In this document: piece after piece, positions 14,702 through 24,108 of the stretch | Numbering within the stretch: the first letter of the stretch is position 1 | Layout of the letters: each line of letters opens with the position of its first letter | IMG/VR virus record: IMGVR_UViG_3300030104_007197 | Location: 1-24,108 of that record | Reading direction: 5' to 3' (one strand) | DNA: 24,108 nt | DNA from: a virus | Lineage: Duplodnaviria > Caudoviricetes | Program-made: the position numbers and the translations under genes | Notes under the pieces: model-generated | What the model was told of the DNA's origin: nothing | What the model saw: only the letters and a program-made list of their open reading frames with translations | Database searches by the model: none

Positions 14702-14913
14702 GTCTGTGGAGCAAATCCTATGATTTTATTTTTCTTCGGATCGACAAAAAGGGGCTTGCAAAAAGCGAGGACGGGTCGATAGTTTTCTTCTCGGCTTGAC
14801 AGAGATCTAGCCTCAACAAGGCATAGCTTTTTGTTGATCCAGTGGGAAGCCACCTGCTCCTCTGAGTCTGGAGAAAGCTGCACGATCAGCGCAAAAGCTA
14901 TGATTAGGTCCAT
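14698..14913 (-). CDS. Hypothetical protein with hydrophobic N-terminus and two Cys
   Basis: 71-aa ORF in the coupled late-gene run. Confidence 0.7.
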   Translation of the reverse strand: MDLIIAFALIVQLSPDSEEQVASHWINKKLCLVEARSLSSREENYRPVLAFCKPLFVDPKKNKIIGFAPQT

Positions 14914-14916
14914 CGT

Positions 14917-15111
14917 TTAAATCCATTTCATTAGCGCCACAACGGAGATGATGGTCCCTATGACGGTCGGATACATACCCCAGAGCAAATTCTCTAGCCG
15001 GTCAAATCGCTTGGCGCCAGACTCCAGCCTTTGTTCGATGTTTTGGTATCGAATCGCGCACTCTTTTTCGTGAGCCTCAAGTCGGGTAATTGCTTCTTTG
15101 ACGCTTGCCAC
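14917..15111 (-). CDS. Coiled-coil protein with C-terminal TM helix (holin/XhlA-like architecture)
   Basis: RLEAHEKECAIRY...RFDRLE..LW plus hydrophobic tail; start moved to GTG 15111 because the upstream stretch encodes the lipoprotein. Confidence 0.7.
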   Translation of the reverse strand: MASVKEAITRLEAHEKECAIRYQNIEQRLESGAKRFDRLENLLWGMYPTVIGTIISVVALMKWI

Positions 15112-15113
15112 CT

Positions 15114-15248
15114 TTAAGTGCCTGTCGAGGCAGTTGTGGCGGTGCTTGTTGTGGAGGTCACACCAGCCAATGTGGAGGGTGTTATATTTACGTTGGTCGT
15201 GGTGCATCCGCCCATCGCGATTGCCGTTATCATCAAAAGAATTCTCAT
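15114..15248 (-). CDS. Small Ser/Thr-rich lipoprotein (candidate o-spanin)
   Basis: ATGA coupling; MRILLIITAIAMGG-C lipobox-like signal; 44 aa; not in the ORF track. Confidence 0.65.
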   Translation of the reverse strand: MRILLMITAIAMGGCTTTNVNITPSTLAGVTSTTSTATTASTGT

Positions 15249-15529
15249 TGTGTCGGCCTCCGCTGCAAGAGGTTCAAAATCTCCTTGGTGTCGTTTCTGA
15301 TATGATCTATGTCTGACACCGCATTATCTAGCTGCACCTCCGTTTTGCTGGCTTGCCTCTGAAGCTCGTTCACATCGTCCTCAATATCGTCCACCTGTTC
15401 ATTGATACTAGCAATGTCCTCTGCGTTCTCGGACGCTTGAGCTTGCAGAGAGCCATATGACATGATGGCACCAATTGCCACAACGCCGATCGGCACCGCG
15501 CTTAATAAACTTTGTAACTTAATTTCCAT
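15245..15529 (-). CDS. Membrane-anchored coiled-coil protein (candidate i-spanin)
   Basis: AGGAG RBS; N-terminal TM segment then a heptad-rich helix. Confidence 0.7.
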   Translation of the reverse strand: MEIKLQSLLSAVPIGVVAIGAIMSYGSLQAQASENAEDIASINEQVDDIEDDVNELQRQASKTEVQLDNAVSDIDHIRNDTKEILNLLQRRPTQ

Positions 15530-15539
15530 GCTTCACTCC

Positions 15540-18500
15540 TTACTGTTCACCGGCTTTTGCCGCTCGGTATTCCCTGTTAAACAAATCGTAAACCCTTTGC
15601 TCCACCTTCCGTATTTCGTCCAGTCGAGCCGCCCTAGCGACAGGGTCGGTGTTAGCTTCTGCAACCTTTCTAATGTCACGCAGCTTTTTTAGATAACTCT
15701 CCGTGAGCTGCAATGTAATGCGTTCTGCCGTCATTGGATTAAAGGAGTCGCGAAATCTTTTATTCGACTTCTTTCGCATATCCAGCCGCTGCAACAGATA
15801 GCCATAAGACTCGAATTTTTTCTGAGCGGCTTGCAGATTGGCCTCGTGCGGAGCGACCCTGTCGGCATACAGCGACGGGTCCAGTTTCTTAACTTTCCGG
15901 TCAGCGTTCCATTGGGCGCGAGCATCAGTAACTTTAGCCGCCTTCTCTTTAAGCTCTGCCTGTACGTTGTAAACTTGAACATTGTTGTCGTAATACTCGA
16001 ATTGATCTTTGTACTCCGAGGGCGACTTGAAGAACTTAGACAGGATAGGCATATCCGATTTGCGGATTTCTTCATCCGCCAGCATCTTGCCCACCACATC
16101 GCTGATATCCCCAAAGAATGTACCTACACCACCCAAAAAGTAAGCTATCGTGTAATCCATAACATCTGGGCTGATATCGATTAGCCCGCTTTGATACTTA
16201 GAGCCTCCCGTGGCGTCATTCATAAACTGGGCAATACCTTTCAGCCACTCGTTGGTGGACCGCTTAGCCACATAGGCGTCCGCTAATTTTGATTTCAAGA
16301 AAGGGTTCTGCTCGACATAAATCGGACTACCAAAAAAGTTTTTGTTTACCCCTACCTCCCAGAACGGAATGGCGTAGTCTGGGGCAAACCCGCGTACTTG
16401 CTCCGCCAGATTGTCTCCTGCTGAGTAGTGTCGGGGAATAAAGTTAAGCAAGAAGTTGTCCCACAGATCAATGCCCGCCTCCTCGATGGTCTTTGTGCCG
16501 AGCGTCACTTCTGCGCTGAGCCGACCTATGTTCGTAAAAAAGTTGTAACCATAGGGCATGGGCGCAGCAAACGCTTCATTCTTGTCCCCATAGACAATAG
16601 TTAGCGTCCGGTTCAAATGGTGCTCTTCAAAATCGTTATAGAGCTTTTCTTGGTCATCATCTTCCTCTGATTGCAGGATGTTATACATTGCAATGCCGAA
16701 CCCGACACTTACCATTCCCGCTGCCGTAGCTCGCGCCCATGTGAATCTGGCCTTTTTGCCATCTTCGCCCTTTCGGCCAGCAGCCATCGCGTCCACAAAG
16801 TTGACATTGCCCTGCAAGGCTGCGTTGAAAAACAGCCAATGCATATCGATAATGGCGCTGTTTTCCCCTTTGCGATTGAAGTTGACAGTCAAATCTTTAG
16901 CCAGAGTTGCAGCGTCTTCCCTTTCCGCACCTACCTTTCTTGCCTCGATATACGCCGACAAACGGACAGCGTTCTCCATGGTTTGGTTAAAGTCCTCCAC
17001 CCATTTAGCAATCGACCGAAACGCAGCTTTTATCCTGCCGTTGTTAAAGTGGCCTTGAATGTCAGCTAATATCTCGTCCGATGTTTTAGTGAGCGTTAAA
17101 CCGGTTGGCGCTCCGTCTTCGACAAACTCTCTGGCATATTGCAAGTACTCTTTGTCTTTGGCGGTTTTAGCATTCGCCTCCTTGCCTCTCGCCAAACGAT
17201 AGTAAGCCTTCATGGCAGGGAAGTAGCTTTTGAATGTAGCCCCAGCAATATTTTGACTCTGGGTTCTCGATCCCTCTTTGTCCGCCTCGGCAAGCGCATA
17301 AACAATACCGGTCTGCACATCCCTAATCGGGTTTACCAGCCCCCATGTGGGGTTATAGTTAATGTACATATTTCGCCGGAAGTTTTGGAACGACCTGACG
17401 AAGGTGGCGTACTTTTCCATCGCCTCATAACTGAAAGACAACTCGTTGGCACTGGCGTTCTGCAATGTTCTGTTTAAGGTGTCGCTCCTAAAATAAATCA
17501 GCCGAGTCTGGCCGTCTTTCTTGAGCTGCAAATAATTCCTAGTGCCGTCCCCATTGGGCCGCATCTCATTCATCATGTCGCGCAACTCTTGAGGCTCGAC
17601 ATCGCCTTTCTTTTTCGGCCTATTCTTGGAGTGCGGACTGTATCGGGCAAATGACTTGCTTTGGCCTAGCTGCCCCAGCAGATCAAACAGGGTGATCATT
17701 ACAGCGTTCTTTCTGGCCCGAACAATGCTTTGCTGTACATCTTCGATAGCTTTTAAGGCGGGGTTGACAGGCAGGGTGATCCGGCCCATAGCTTTCATGC
17801 TTTCGCTGCCTCGCACCGAAAATCCTCGTGTGCCATTACCAGCGATTATTTCCTCGCCTTTATCAATAACTTCCTTTTCCGCAGCGAACCCTTTAAGAGG
17901 CACATAAAACTCGTATTTCTCTTCCCAGTCCTGCTTTGTGTCTGCATCTAATAGTTGGGCATTTTTTAAAACGTCTCGCCGAAACTGCGTAATCTCCATT
18001 AACTTTTGATGCGCTGCTTTTATTTTATCTGCGGAGTTGGACTCCTCAAAGGTTTGGACAATTTGCGCGGCTTCAGCATTGGTGAGGCCAGAACCGGTAT
18101 CAGCGTACTGATAAGGCAGCGCCTCTTGGAGTCGGTACTTTTCCCTTAGGTTGTCGATCTGCCGAGAGTGATCGACATCGTCATCCTTCGCCTCTAAGGC
18201 ATCAATGGTGCGCTGAATTTTGGCGAGCTTCTTCGCTCTGATAGCCAGCTCTTGATCGAATATGTGCTTATTGCGCTCCGGCGCATGCTTGGCAAGAGCA
18301 TACCACCCCAGTTGATTAACAGTCAGATTGGCCGACTGGAGCGTCTCAGCCAAGGGCACTACATAGTCTCTTTCAAACTGCTCTAGATCATCCTTGACCC
18401 GACCGTGCATAAGGTTCTCTTGGTCGCGAGGCGACATCCTCGCAGGAAGCCTCCCCATCTCCATGTACTCGGCTGCTTGCCTTTCAAAATCCTCTAGCAC

Positions 18501-21500
18501 CTTATATCGGTCAATAACGGCGGCATATGCGGGCATATCCTTCACTCGTTGAGCGAGGGTTCTCTGCACATCAATTTCGTCATTAAAAGTAAACGTGTTG
18601 GAAGACTCGCTCCCGTCATCCAATATGTTCATGTGCTGGTTGCGGGTCTTAATGAAAGCGAATTTTTCTACGTCATCGAACTCTGGATTTTGAACCAGAA
18701 CGAAGTTGCCAATCTGGATGACTTCATCTGCCTTAACAATGGGGCGCTGCTGCTCCAGATCATAAAAGAAGGAGTGGCGTTCTGGGTTCATGGATGCCTG
18801 CACCCAACCTTCCTCGCCTATATTGCTTACTGCCTCAAAGTAGTTTTGATCATCGGTAGCAGCAACATAGTCTCCTTCCATAGTGGCAATGGTGGTTTTA
18901 TCTTTCCCCTGCGAAATATTTAAAGCGCCCTTCTCCGGCACCGCGAAATCGACATTCTTAACTCTGATCGTGGGGTAGTAGCCGACTCTGGCTCCAGCCT
19001 GTCCTCGGAAGGCGCCATCTTTACCCCTTGGCCTTGCCTCATGGACCGTAACAATATCAATCCTTTCGTTGGCGATTAGCCATGTATAGGAGGGAATGTC
19101 CAGCCTGACGCCGACTCGCTTGCCGTCTTCAATGGGAACCTGAAAATAAGTGTCCTTGCGAGGCTTGCCTTTTGCCTCCTCCCTGTCGGTCTTTTTGAGC
19201 GCATTGAGGTAGTCCTTGTCCGGCCTGACCTTGGGCACGGTCTCGCGGATAAACGGACGCACAAAGCGACCTTCCTCCTCGAAGATCTGATTTAATCGGG
19301 TCGCGCTGATTTTACGGTCCACTCGATCGCGGACGGCTTGCTGGAGTACTGGGTTGCGTTTTTGTTCAGGTCGAATAAGGACCTTTCTGGCGTTCTTCTG
19401 AACGAAGAGTTTGAGGCGGGTGTCGCGGTCGGTGGCTAAGCCTTTGGCGATGGTCTCAGCGTTGGCGAAATCACCAAGCTGCTGCTGGATAATCCCTCTT
19501 GCCTTCTGAATTCTTGCGCTGCTTTGCCCCGCAAGATTTGGCGTGGGACTTTTCCTTCGTAGCGCGGCAAGGATTTGTTTTTCTGTGAGGTCTCTGACTT
19601 TTCCATTGCTCTCCCTTTGTACCTTTCCAATTAACTTCTCAACCTGAGAATTATACACATTTTCATTAAACGAATCAATGACTTGATCGTAATCTTCGAT
19701 CATTGAGTAGCCCGCGCTGGTCCACTGAGCGTCTTGGGTGGATATTTTTGTGATGCTCGTATCATCAACAATCAACATCTGATCTGCCGCATCTGCAACA
19801 AGCTGCATATCAGGCGTGACCGGCTCAAAAGTGTCGGTGTCAAAAGCCAAAACATTAAACTCATAACCGTTTGGATAGCGCGTGTAATTCATGTCCGCAC
19901 CGTCCGGCAAGGCGGCAGCAAATGCCTCGATCTGCTCCCGCGAAAGCACCTCTAGTGTCTTAACAAAGACCTGACTGGTTTCGATGTAATTTTCCCTGAC
20001 TCCGTCATCTGTAATTTCTGTCATGTGCGAGGCCGGCACGGCATCCTGATCCCACTGCTTAGCCAGTGAGGTCATCACAATGTTCAGTTGATCCAAGCTC
20101 ACCTGAGGTGGCACAGGTACTCTTATGTTGGGCGACACATCGCCCATGTAGGTGCCGCCGGTTGTAAAGGGCGTCGAGCCGGTTGGCACTGCAATTCTGG
20201 TTGGCTTGGATTGCAGCGAGGATAATCCCAGCGCCTTGAAATAACTGATAAAGGGGTTGTCACCTTTTTTGCTGGCCTTTTGCAGGAGCGTGGAAAAAAC
20301 GGCGTGATATTCGTCCGCTACTTGTGTGTTCCCGCCCTCGACCGCAGCATCAAAGACAGCTCTCGCATCCCTTCCGATTTCATTCCGTAGACTGTTAATT
20401 TCTGCGGTGATGATGGGCTTGTCCCTAAACGTCTTGGTGGTCGGGCTGAGCGCCGCCGGAACGCGGGGGTCCATGAGGATCTCTCGCGTAATGAGATTGT
20501 TAGGCACCTCAATGCCGGATTCCTCCAGAATCTGAATGGCGCCCTTTCTGTTTCTGCCGCCGGTTGCCGATCGGCCCACCAGCGACATACTGTAATCATC
20601 AACGTCATTGATACCGCCAGAGATTTCCTCTGGGGTTGCGCTCTCATATGCTGATAGAGCTTCAGGGGGAGACATGCCCTCGGCTTCCTTCTGCCCCACA
20701 AACTCGTTTTTGTATCGCTGCTCGACCCAGCCTAGCGCCTGAAGCTGCCATGTCTCATAGGGCTGCTCCCCGTCAGGTAAAGAGGCATTGATTTTATCTC
20801 TCAGGCCGATATAGAAGCGCGACATCACCTCATAGAGCACTGGGTTTTTACCGATCTCGTCACCGGTGGTGCCAAAGGTTGCGGCTACCTGTCGGTCGTT
20901 GGTTGATAGCGTTGGGGTAGACATGCCCAGAACAAGCTGCATCGTGCCGCCAAACGACCCTGTCTTTAGACCCTCAAGGTCGGACGTTTTGAGCGCATCC
21001 GTAACCGCCTTGGTGATAACAAGATCATTATCTACCGGCCTGCCTTGCAGGAAGTTCGCAAAGGTAGCGACTGCCCGATGCATGTTCACATAGGGATTTG
21101 CTACCGGCGAGGTGGCCGCCACAACAGAGATAAACTGCTTGATCTCTGCGTCGGTTAAATCCGGCATCACCTTACGCATGGCCTCTGCTGACACCTCATA
21201 CCAGTATCGGGCATTATCCGAGAGCTGAAGCGCTCTGTCCCAGAACACGATGGTGTTTGCATTGATACCCAAACGATCGACTGTTGCTTGTGCCACAGTT
21301 GCTCCGCCCGTGTCAGTGAGGCGTATGGCTTCCGTCAGGATGTCGTTGAGTTCTTGCTGAGTAATATCAAGGCCATCACCCCTAGTGTTTAAATCAAGGT
21401 CTAAGAAGCTGCCGCCTGCAACGGGAGATAAAGGTGTGTTGGGTTGATATTTTCCGGCAATTCTTTCATTTAGCGGGATGCTTTCTTGCAGCTCGGCTAG

Positions 21501-24107
21501 GGTGCGAACCTTTTTGCCGTCGTATTCGTTAGCATCAATGGCTTGCAGACGCTTCAGGTCGGCTTGGGCGTCCTCCGCTTTGATGTAGTTAAAGTCATCT
21601 GGAATATCGTTGTAATCAAAGTCCTCTTCAAAGTCATCATCGACAAGAACCTCTTGTCCCTCCGCTACGGCGTCTGCTGCGGCTCGCGCCTCTGCCCGCA
21701 CTACACGCTCTTCATGTAACTCGTCCAGCCGCGACAACGCTTCTTTCTTGTTGTCCCCCAGACCCAACAGCGGGTCGTAATAGACCGCGCCCAACAAATC
21801 GTCCTGCTCAGTATGCCAAGGGGTGCCCCTGTTGATTTCTTTGTTGTAATAGATCTGATACACAGTGCCATCTGGATAGGTGACATCGTAGTGCCCGCTC
21901 ATATCAAAGTCATCAGCGCGTTTGACAGTGCGTTCGGTTACTGATGTTTCTGGTGGCTGCTGCTCGACAGCACTAGGCGTAGTTTGCACTGGCTGTCGGG
22001 TGCGCGATGCTGCTCTTTTGCTCTCCTTGTCCGATACACGCCGCGTGTGCAGCTCATCAAGTTTTGCCAGCGCCTCCTTTCTGTTGTAGCCGATACCGCT
22101 CGTTTCATACAACATTTTCTGATCGCGGGGTAACTCAAACGCATCCAAGGACCGATAATCTAAAAGCCATATGGGGGTGCTGAGATTGCTGACAGTATCT
22201 CTGTAAATCCAATACACCTCGCCATTTGGATAGGTGACATCGTATCTGCCGTCGTTATTAAAGGTAGAGTTGCGCTTGATCGTGCGCCCAGTGACTAGGT
22301 CTGCTTGTACCTCTGGTCGTTCACGTTCCCCAGTTTCCTGTTCGGTCGGGTCTGCCACTCCAGTATCGGCTCGCCCTTCTCCAGCGCTTCCTTCGCCATC
22401 TGGTCCAGTTGCTGTAGGTTGAACGCTCTGCTCGCTTCCGGTGACTGGCGGTGCCCGAATCTCTCCTGATATGCCTTCAGGTTGGGAGGTATCTGGATCT
22501 GCTTGAGCTGTAATGTTTCCATCGGTTGCCTCAATCGGTTGAGCTGGCGTCAGGTTTGAATCACGAATGCCTTTGATGTAATCATACGCTAAAGGCGCCT
22601 GTTCTTGAAGTTGCTTGGGGTTGGAATGAAAGAGCGCTCCAAGCTGGGCAAACACCTCTTCCCTGTAGGTGGCGTTTAACCCCTCATTGTCTTGTTTGGG
22701 GTCCGCTATATCGCTAATTAAATCATTAAACGGGTAATTAAATCGCTGGCCAAGTTCGGTTTCATTAACCCAGTTATCATAAATCTCTTTCATGATGGGG
22801 CCGGCCTCAACAGTCGGCGTGTCAGCCTCGCCTCCCAATGTAATAGAGAAGTCAGGATTCTTGTCGCTTAACCCCAGCTTAAAATCTGCCGCGTGGTACA
22901 CCTCATGCGTGACCGACCAAGCCAGCTCGCTAAGAGCATCTATGTCTGTCGAGCTGTTATCGATCAGGGTGCGATTAATTGAGATCCCCTGAGTAGATCG
23001 ACCCGTCATGGCGGGCGCAGGGTTGTCAGCCTCATCATGCACATAAATGCCGGTGACAGTATCCATAAAGGCTTTTGGCACACCGCTGGCTGCAAGATCA
23101 GATGTCACCCCCGCAACGGTATTGTGGGGCTTCACTGCATCACTGTACGCCTCTTCAATGACCGGCATGCTTTTAACCTTGCCCTGCACGGTCTCCATTT
23201 TGAGGGTGGCGTTACGATCAAAGATGCGATCAACGTCATCCTGATCAATAGCCTCGACCACTACATCGTTATTTTCGGGATCTAGTGCCTCAGGGGACTG
23301 GGCCGAAACGGACAACTGGAGCAACTGGTCTGCTACAGGCGTATCGGCCTCAGACAGCGGCTGGTCAAAACGATGCGCTGCACCATAGTTGCCTCCGCCT
23401 CTGGGAACCACCTGAGTGCCATCTGCTGCAATCACTTCTTCTGCTTGAATGACTTCTATGGGTGCATCTGTTGCGGCTTCAGGTTGAAAATCCTGCATGC
23501 GCTGCAAACTTTCATCAAGCAAGGCATCACCCGTCTCTTCCATGCCTGTAAAAGGATCATCTCGATACTGATCGATCTTGTCCCGAACCCTTTGCTCAAT
23601 GCTCTTGGTGACGGTAATTTCACCGGCCGCAAAGTCTGGATCTGGCGTAACGTCTCTGGCGCCCGAAATGTCCGTCTCTTGACCGTACTGACCGGTAGCG
23701 CCTTTGTAGGCGGCAGTGCCGGTTCCCACAACCTTGCCGAACAAGAGTCCTGCCGAAACATTATTCAGCAGCCCTGATTGCTTTTCCGCGTTTTCAAGGT
23801 AGTTCATGTAAGCGATGCGTTCTTCGTTTGTGTAGTTGTTGTTAACGAACGTAATCGCCTCTTGCTCAACGATGTATTGCAGACCCTCCACCATGCCGCT
23901 CCAGCCCATGGTTTGGCCTATATCCTTTAGGGCTTCAATTTTCCATGAGGGCGCGTCCACCAGTTGGCCGGCAATTCCGTCAGCAAACTCAGAGGCACTT
24001 TTGTTGGGGAATATAGCCTCAAAGGTCTTCATGAACGGCAGCATATTGAGCGCACCATTTGTTATACCCACGGCGAGCGCAGTCATGGGGGCCTCAACAC
24101 CCGTCTC
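15540..24107 (-). CDS. Giant polyvalent virion/DNA-ejection protein with C-terminal LPD38-like region; 5'-truncated
   Basis: More than 2,848 aa and open to the window edge; VNFNRKG...LFFNAALQG, PMPYGY, NKNFFGSPI and FLGGVG motifs; internal HEVYH motif. Confidence 0.85.
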   Translation of the reverse strand, partial: ETGVEAPMTALAVGITNGALNMLPFMKTFEAIFPNKSASEFADGIAGQLVDAPSWKIEALKDIGQTMGWSGMVEGLQYIVEQEAITFVNNNYTNEERIAYMNYLENAEKQSGLLNNVSAGLLFGKVVGTGTAAYKGATGQYGQETDISGARDVTPDPDFAAGEITVTKSIEQRVRDKIDQYRDDPFTGMEETGDALLDESLQRMQDFQPEAATDAPIEVIQAEEVIAADGTQVVPRGGGNYGAAHRFDQPLSEADTPVADQLLQLSVSAQSPEALDPENNDVVVEAIDQDDVDRIFDRNATLKMETVQGKVKSMPVIEEAYSDAVKPHNTVAGVTSDLAASGVPKAFMDTVTGIYVHDEADNPAPAMTGRSTQGISINRTLIDNSSTDIDALSELAWSVTHEVYHAADFKLGLSDKNPDFSITLGGEADTPTVEAGPIMKEIYDNWVNETELGQRFNYPFNDLISDIADPKQDNEGLNATYREEVFAQLGALFHSNPKQLQEQAPLAYDYIKGIRDSNLTPAQPIEATDGNITAQADPDTSQPEGISGEIRAPPVTGSEQSVQPTATGPDGEGSAGEGRADTGVADPTEQETGERERPEVQADLVTGRTIKRNSTFNNDGRYDVTYPNGEVYWIYRDTVSNLSTPIWLLDYRSLDAFELPRDQKMLYETSGIGYNRKEALAKLDELHTRRVSDKESKRAASRTRQPVQTTPSAVEQQPPETSVTERTVKRADDFDMSGHYDVTYPDGTVYQIYYNKEINRGTPWHTEQDDLLGAVYYDPLLGLGDNKKEALSRLDELHEERVVRAEARAAADAVAEGQEVLVDDDFEEDFDYNDIPDDFNYIKAEDAQADLKRLQAIDANEYDGKKVRTLAELQESIPLNERIAGKYQPNTPLSPVAGGSFLDLDLNTRGDGLDITQQELNDILTEAIRLTDTGGATVAQATVDRLGINANTIVFWDRALQLSDNARYWYEVSAEAMRKVMPDLTDAEIKQFISVVAATSPVANPYVNMHRAVATFANFLQGRPVDNDLVITKAVTDALKTSDLEGLKTGSFGGTMQLVLGMSTPTLSTNDRQVAATFGTTGDEIGKNPVLYEVMSRFYIGLRDKINASLPDGEQPYETWQLQALGWVEQRYKNEFVGQKEAEGMSPPEALSAYESATPEEISGGINDVDDYSMSLVGRSATGGRNRKGAIQILEESGIEVPNNLITREILMDPRVPAALSPTTKTFRDKPIITAEINSLRNEIGRDARAVFDAAVEGGNTQVADEYHAVFSTLLQKASKKGDNPFISYFKALGLSSLQSKPTRIAVPTGSTPFTTGGTYMGDVSPNIRVPVPPQVSLDQLNIVMTSLAKQWDQDAVPASHMTEITDDGVRENYIETSQVFVKTLEVLSREQIEAFAAALPDGADMNYTRYPNGYEFNVLAFDTDTFEPVTPDMQLVADAADQMLIVDDTSITKISTQDAQWTSAGYSMIEDYDQVIDSFNENVYNSQVEKLIGKVQRESNGKVRDLTEKQILAALRRKSPTPNLAGQSSARIQKARGIIQQQLGDFANAETIAKGLATDRDTRLKLFVQKNARKVLIRPEQKRNPVLQQAVRDRVDRKISATRLNQIFEEEGRFVRPFIRETVPKVRPDKDYLNALKKTDREEAKGKPRKDTYFQVPIEDGKRVGVRLDIPSYTWLIANERIDIVTVHEARPRGKDGAFRGQAGARVGYYPTIRVKNVDFAVPEKGALNISQGKDKTTIATMEGDYVAATDDQNYFEAVSNIGEEGWVQASMNPERHSFFYDLEQQRPIVKADEVIQIGNFVLVQNPEFDDVEKFAFIKTRNQHMNILDDGSESSNTFTFNDEIDVQRTLAQRVKDMPAYAAVIDRYKVLEDFERQAAEYMEMGRLPARMSPRDQENLMHGRVKDDLEQFERDYVVPLAETLQSANLTVNQLGWYALAKHAPERNKHIFDQELAIRAKKLAKIQRTIDALEAKDDDVDHSRQIDNLREKYRLQEALPYQYADTGSGLTNAEAAQIVQTFEESNSADKIKAAHQKLMEITQFRRDVLKNAQLLDADTKQDWEEKYEFYVPLKGFAAEKEVIDKGEEIIAGNGTRGFSVRGSESMKAMGRITLPVNPALKAIEDVQQSIVRARKNAVMITLFDLLGQLGQSKSFARYSPHSKNRPKKKGDVEPQELRDMMNEMRPNGDGTRNYLQLKKDGQTRLIYFRSDTLNRTLQNASANELSFSYEAMEKYATFVRSFQNFRRNMYINYNPTWGLVNPIRDVQTGIVYALAEADKEGSRTQSQNIAGATFKSYFPAMKAYYRLARGKEANAKTAKDKEYLQYAREFVEDGAPTGLTLTKTSDEILADIQGHFNNGRIKAAFRSIAKWVEDFNQTMENAVRLSAYIEARKVGAEREDAATLAKDLTVNFNRKGENSAIIDMHWLFFNAALQGNVNFVDAMAAGRKGEDGKKARFTWARATAAGMVSVGFGIAMYNILQSEEDDDQEKLYNDFEEHHLNRTLTIVYGDKNEAFAAPMPYGYNFFTNIGRLSAEVTLGTKTIEEAGIDLWDNFLLNFIPRHYSAGDNLAEQVRGFAPDYAIPFWEVGVNKNFFGSPIYVEQNPFLKSKLADAYVAKRSTNEWLKGIAQFMNDATGGSKYQSGLIDISPDVMDYTIAYFLGGVGTFFGDISDVVGKMLADEEIRKSDMPILSKFFKSPSEYKDQFEYYDNNVQVYNVQAELKEKAAKVTDARAQWNADRKVKKLDPSLYADRVAPHEANLQAAQKKFESYGYLLQRLDMRKKSNKRFRDSFNPMTAERITLQLTESYLKKLRDIRKVAEANTDPVARAARLDEIRKVEQRVYDLFNREYRAAKAGEQ

Positions 24108-24108
24108 C

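Larger units (their letters stand above)
1..24108. mobile_element. Segment of a temperate bacteriophage genome (unintegrated form with intact attP)
   Basis: Primase-helicase, O-like initiator, annealase/YqaJ pair, integrase next to a tRNA-fragment attP, giant virion-type protein, dense overlapping small ORFs; no host housekeeping genes. Confidence 0.95.

Noticed and set aside
15540-24107. Virion RNA polymerase (N4- or crAss-type) as the identity of the giant ORF
   Set aside because: I saw no DxDGD/DFDID or single-subunit RNAP motifs in the visible part; the motifs fit an LPD38-type polyvalent protein, although the N-terminus is outside the window

Overview
The whole window is a segment of a temperate dsDNA phage genome, probably podovirus-like and with a proteobacterial host (inferred). 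It is in the excised or virion configuration, because an intact attP is flanked by phage genes on both sides. From left to right: (1) a rightward array of small accessory genes punctuated by two type-I hammerhead ribozymes exactly 1,320 nt apart (128-192, 1448-1512), each ahead of a near-identical strong RBS; (2) a leftward replication/nin-like operon (O-like initiator containing an iteron origin, T7-gp4/Twinkle-like primase-helicase, XRE HTH, Ref-like HNH nuclease, DUF3310, Hjc-like resolvase, PD-(D/E)XK nuclease); (3) an expanded immunity region with a short HTH repressor lacking a peptidase domain, then an HTH-like, a PAS-like and a small CxxCx5C protein; (4) a rightward recombination operon (DUF1071/Sak3-like annealase, YqaJ exonuclease, SSB-like, CsrA-like, a pseudoknotted leader, tyrosine integrase); (5) attP with a tRNA-Val(GAC) 3'-half core, arm-type repeats and IHF sites; (6) small membrane/lysis-type genes and the C-terminal ~2,850 aa of a giant LPD38-type polyvalent virion protein on the minus strand. 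The most striking feature is the paired-hammerhead cassette, which could excise and possibly circularise a four-gene mRNA. All family assignments come from motif recognition by eye, not database searches.
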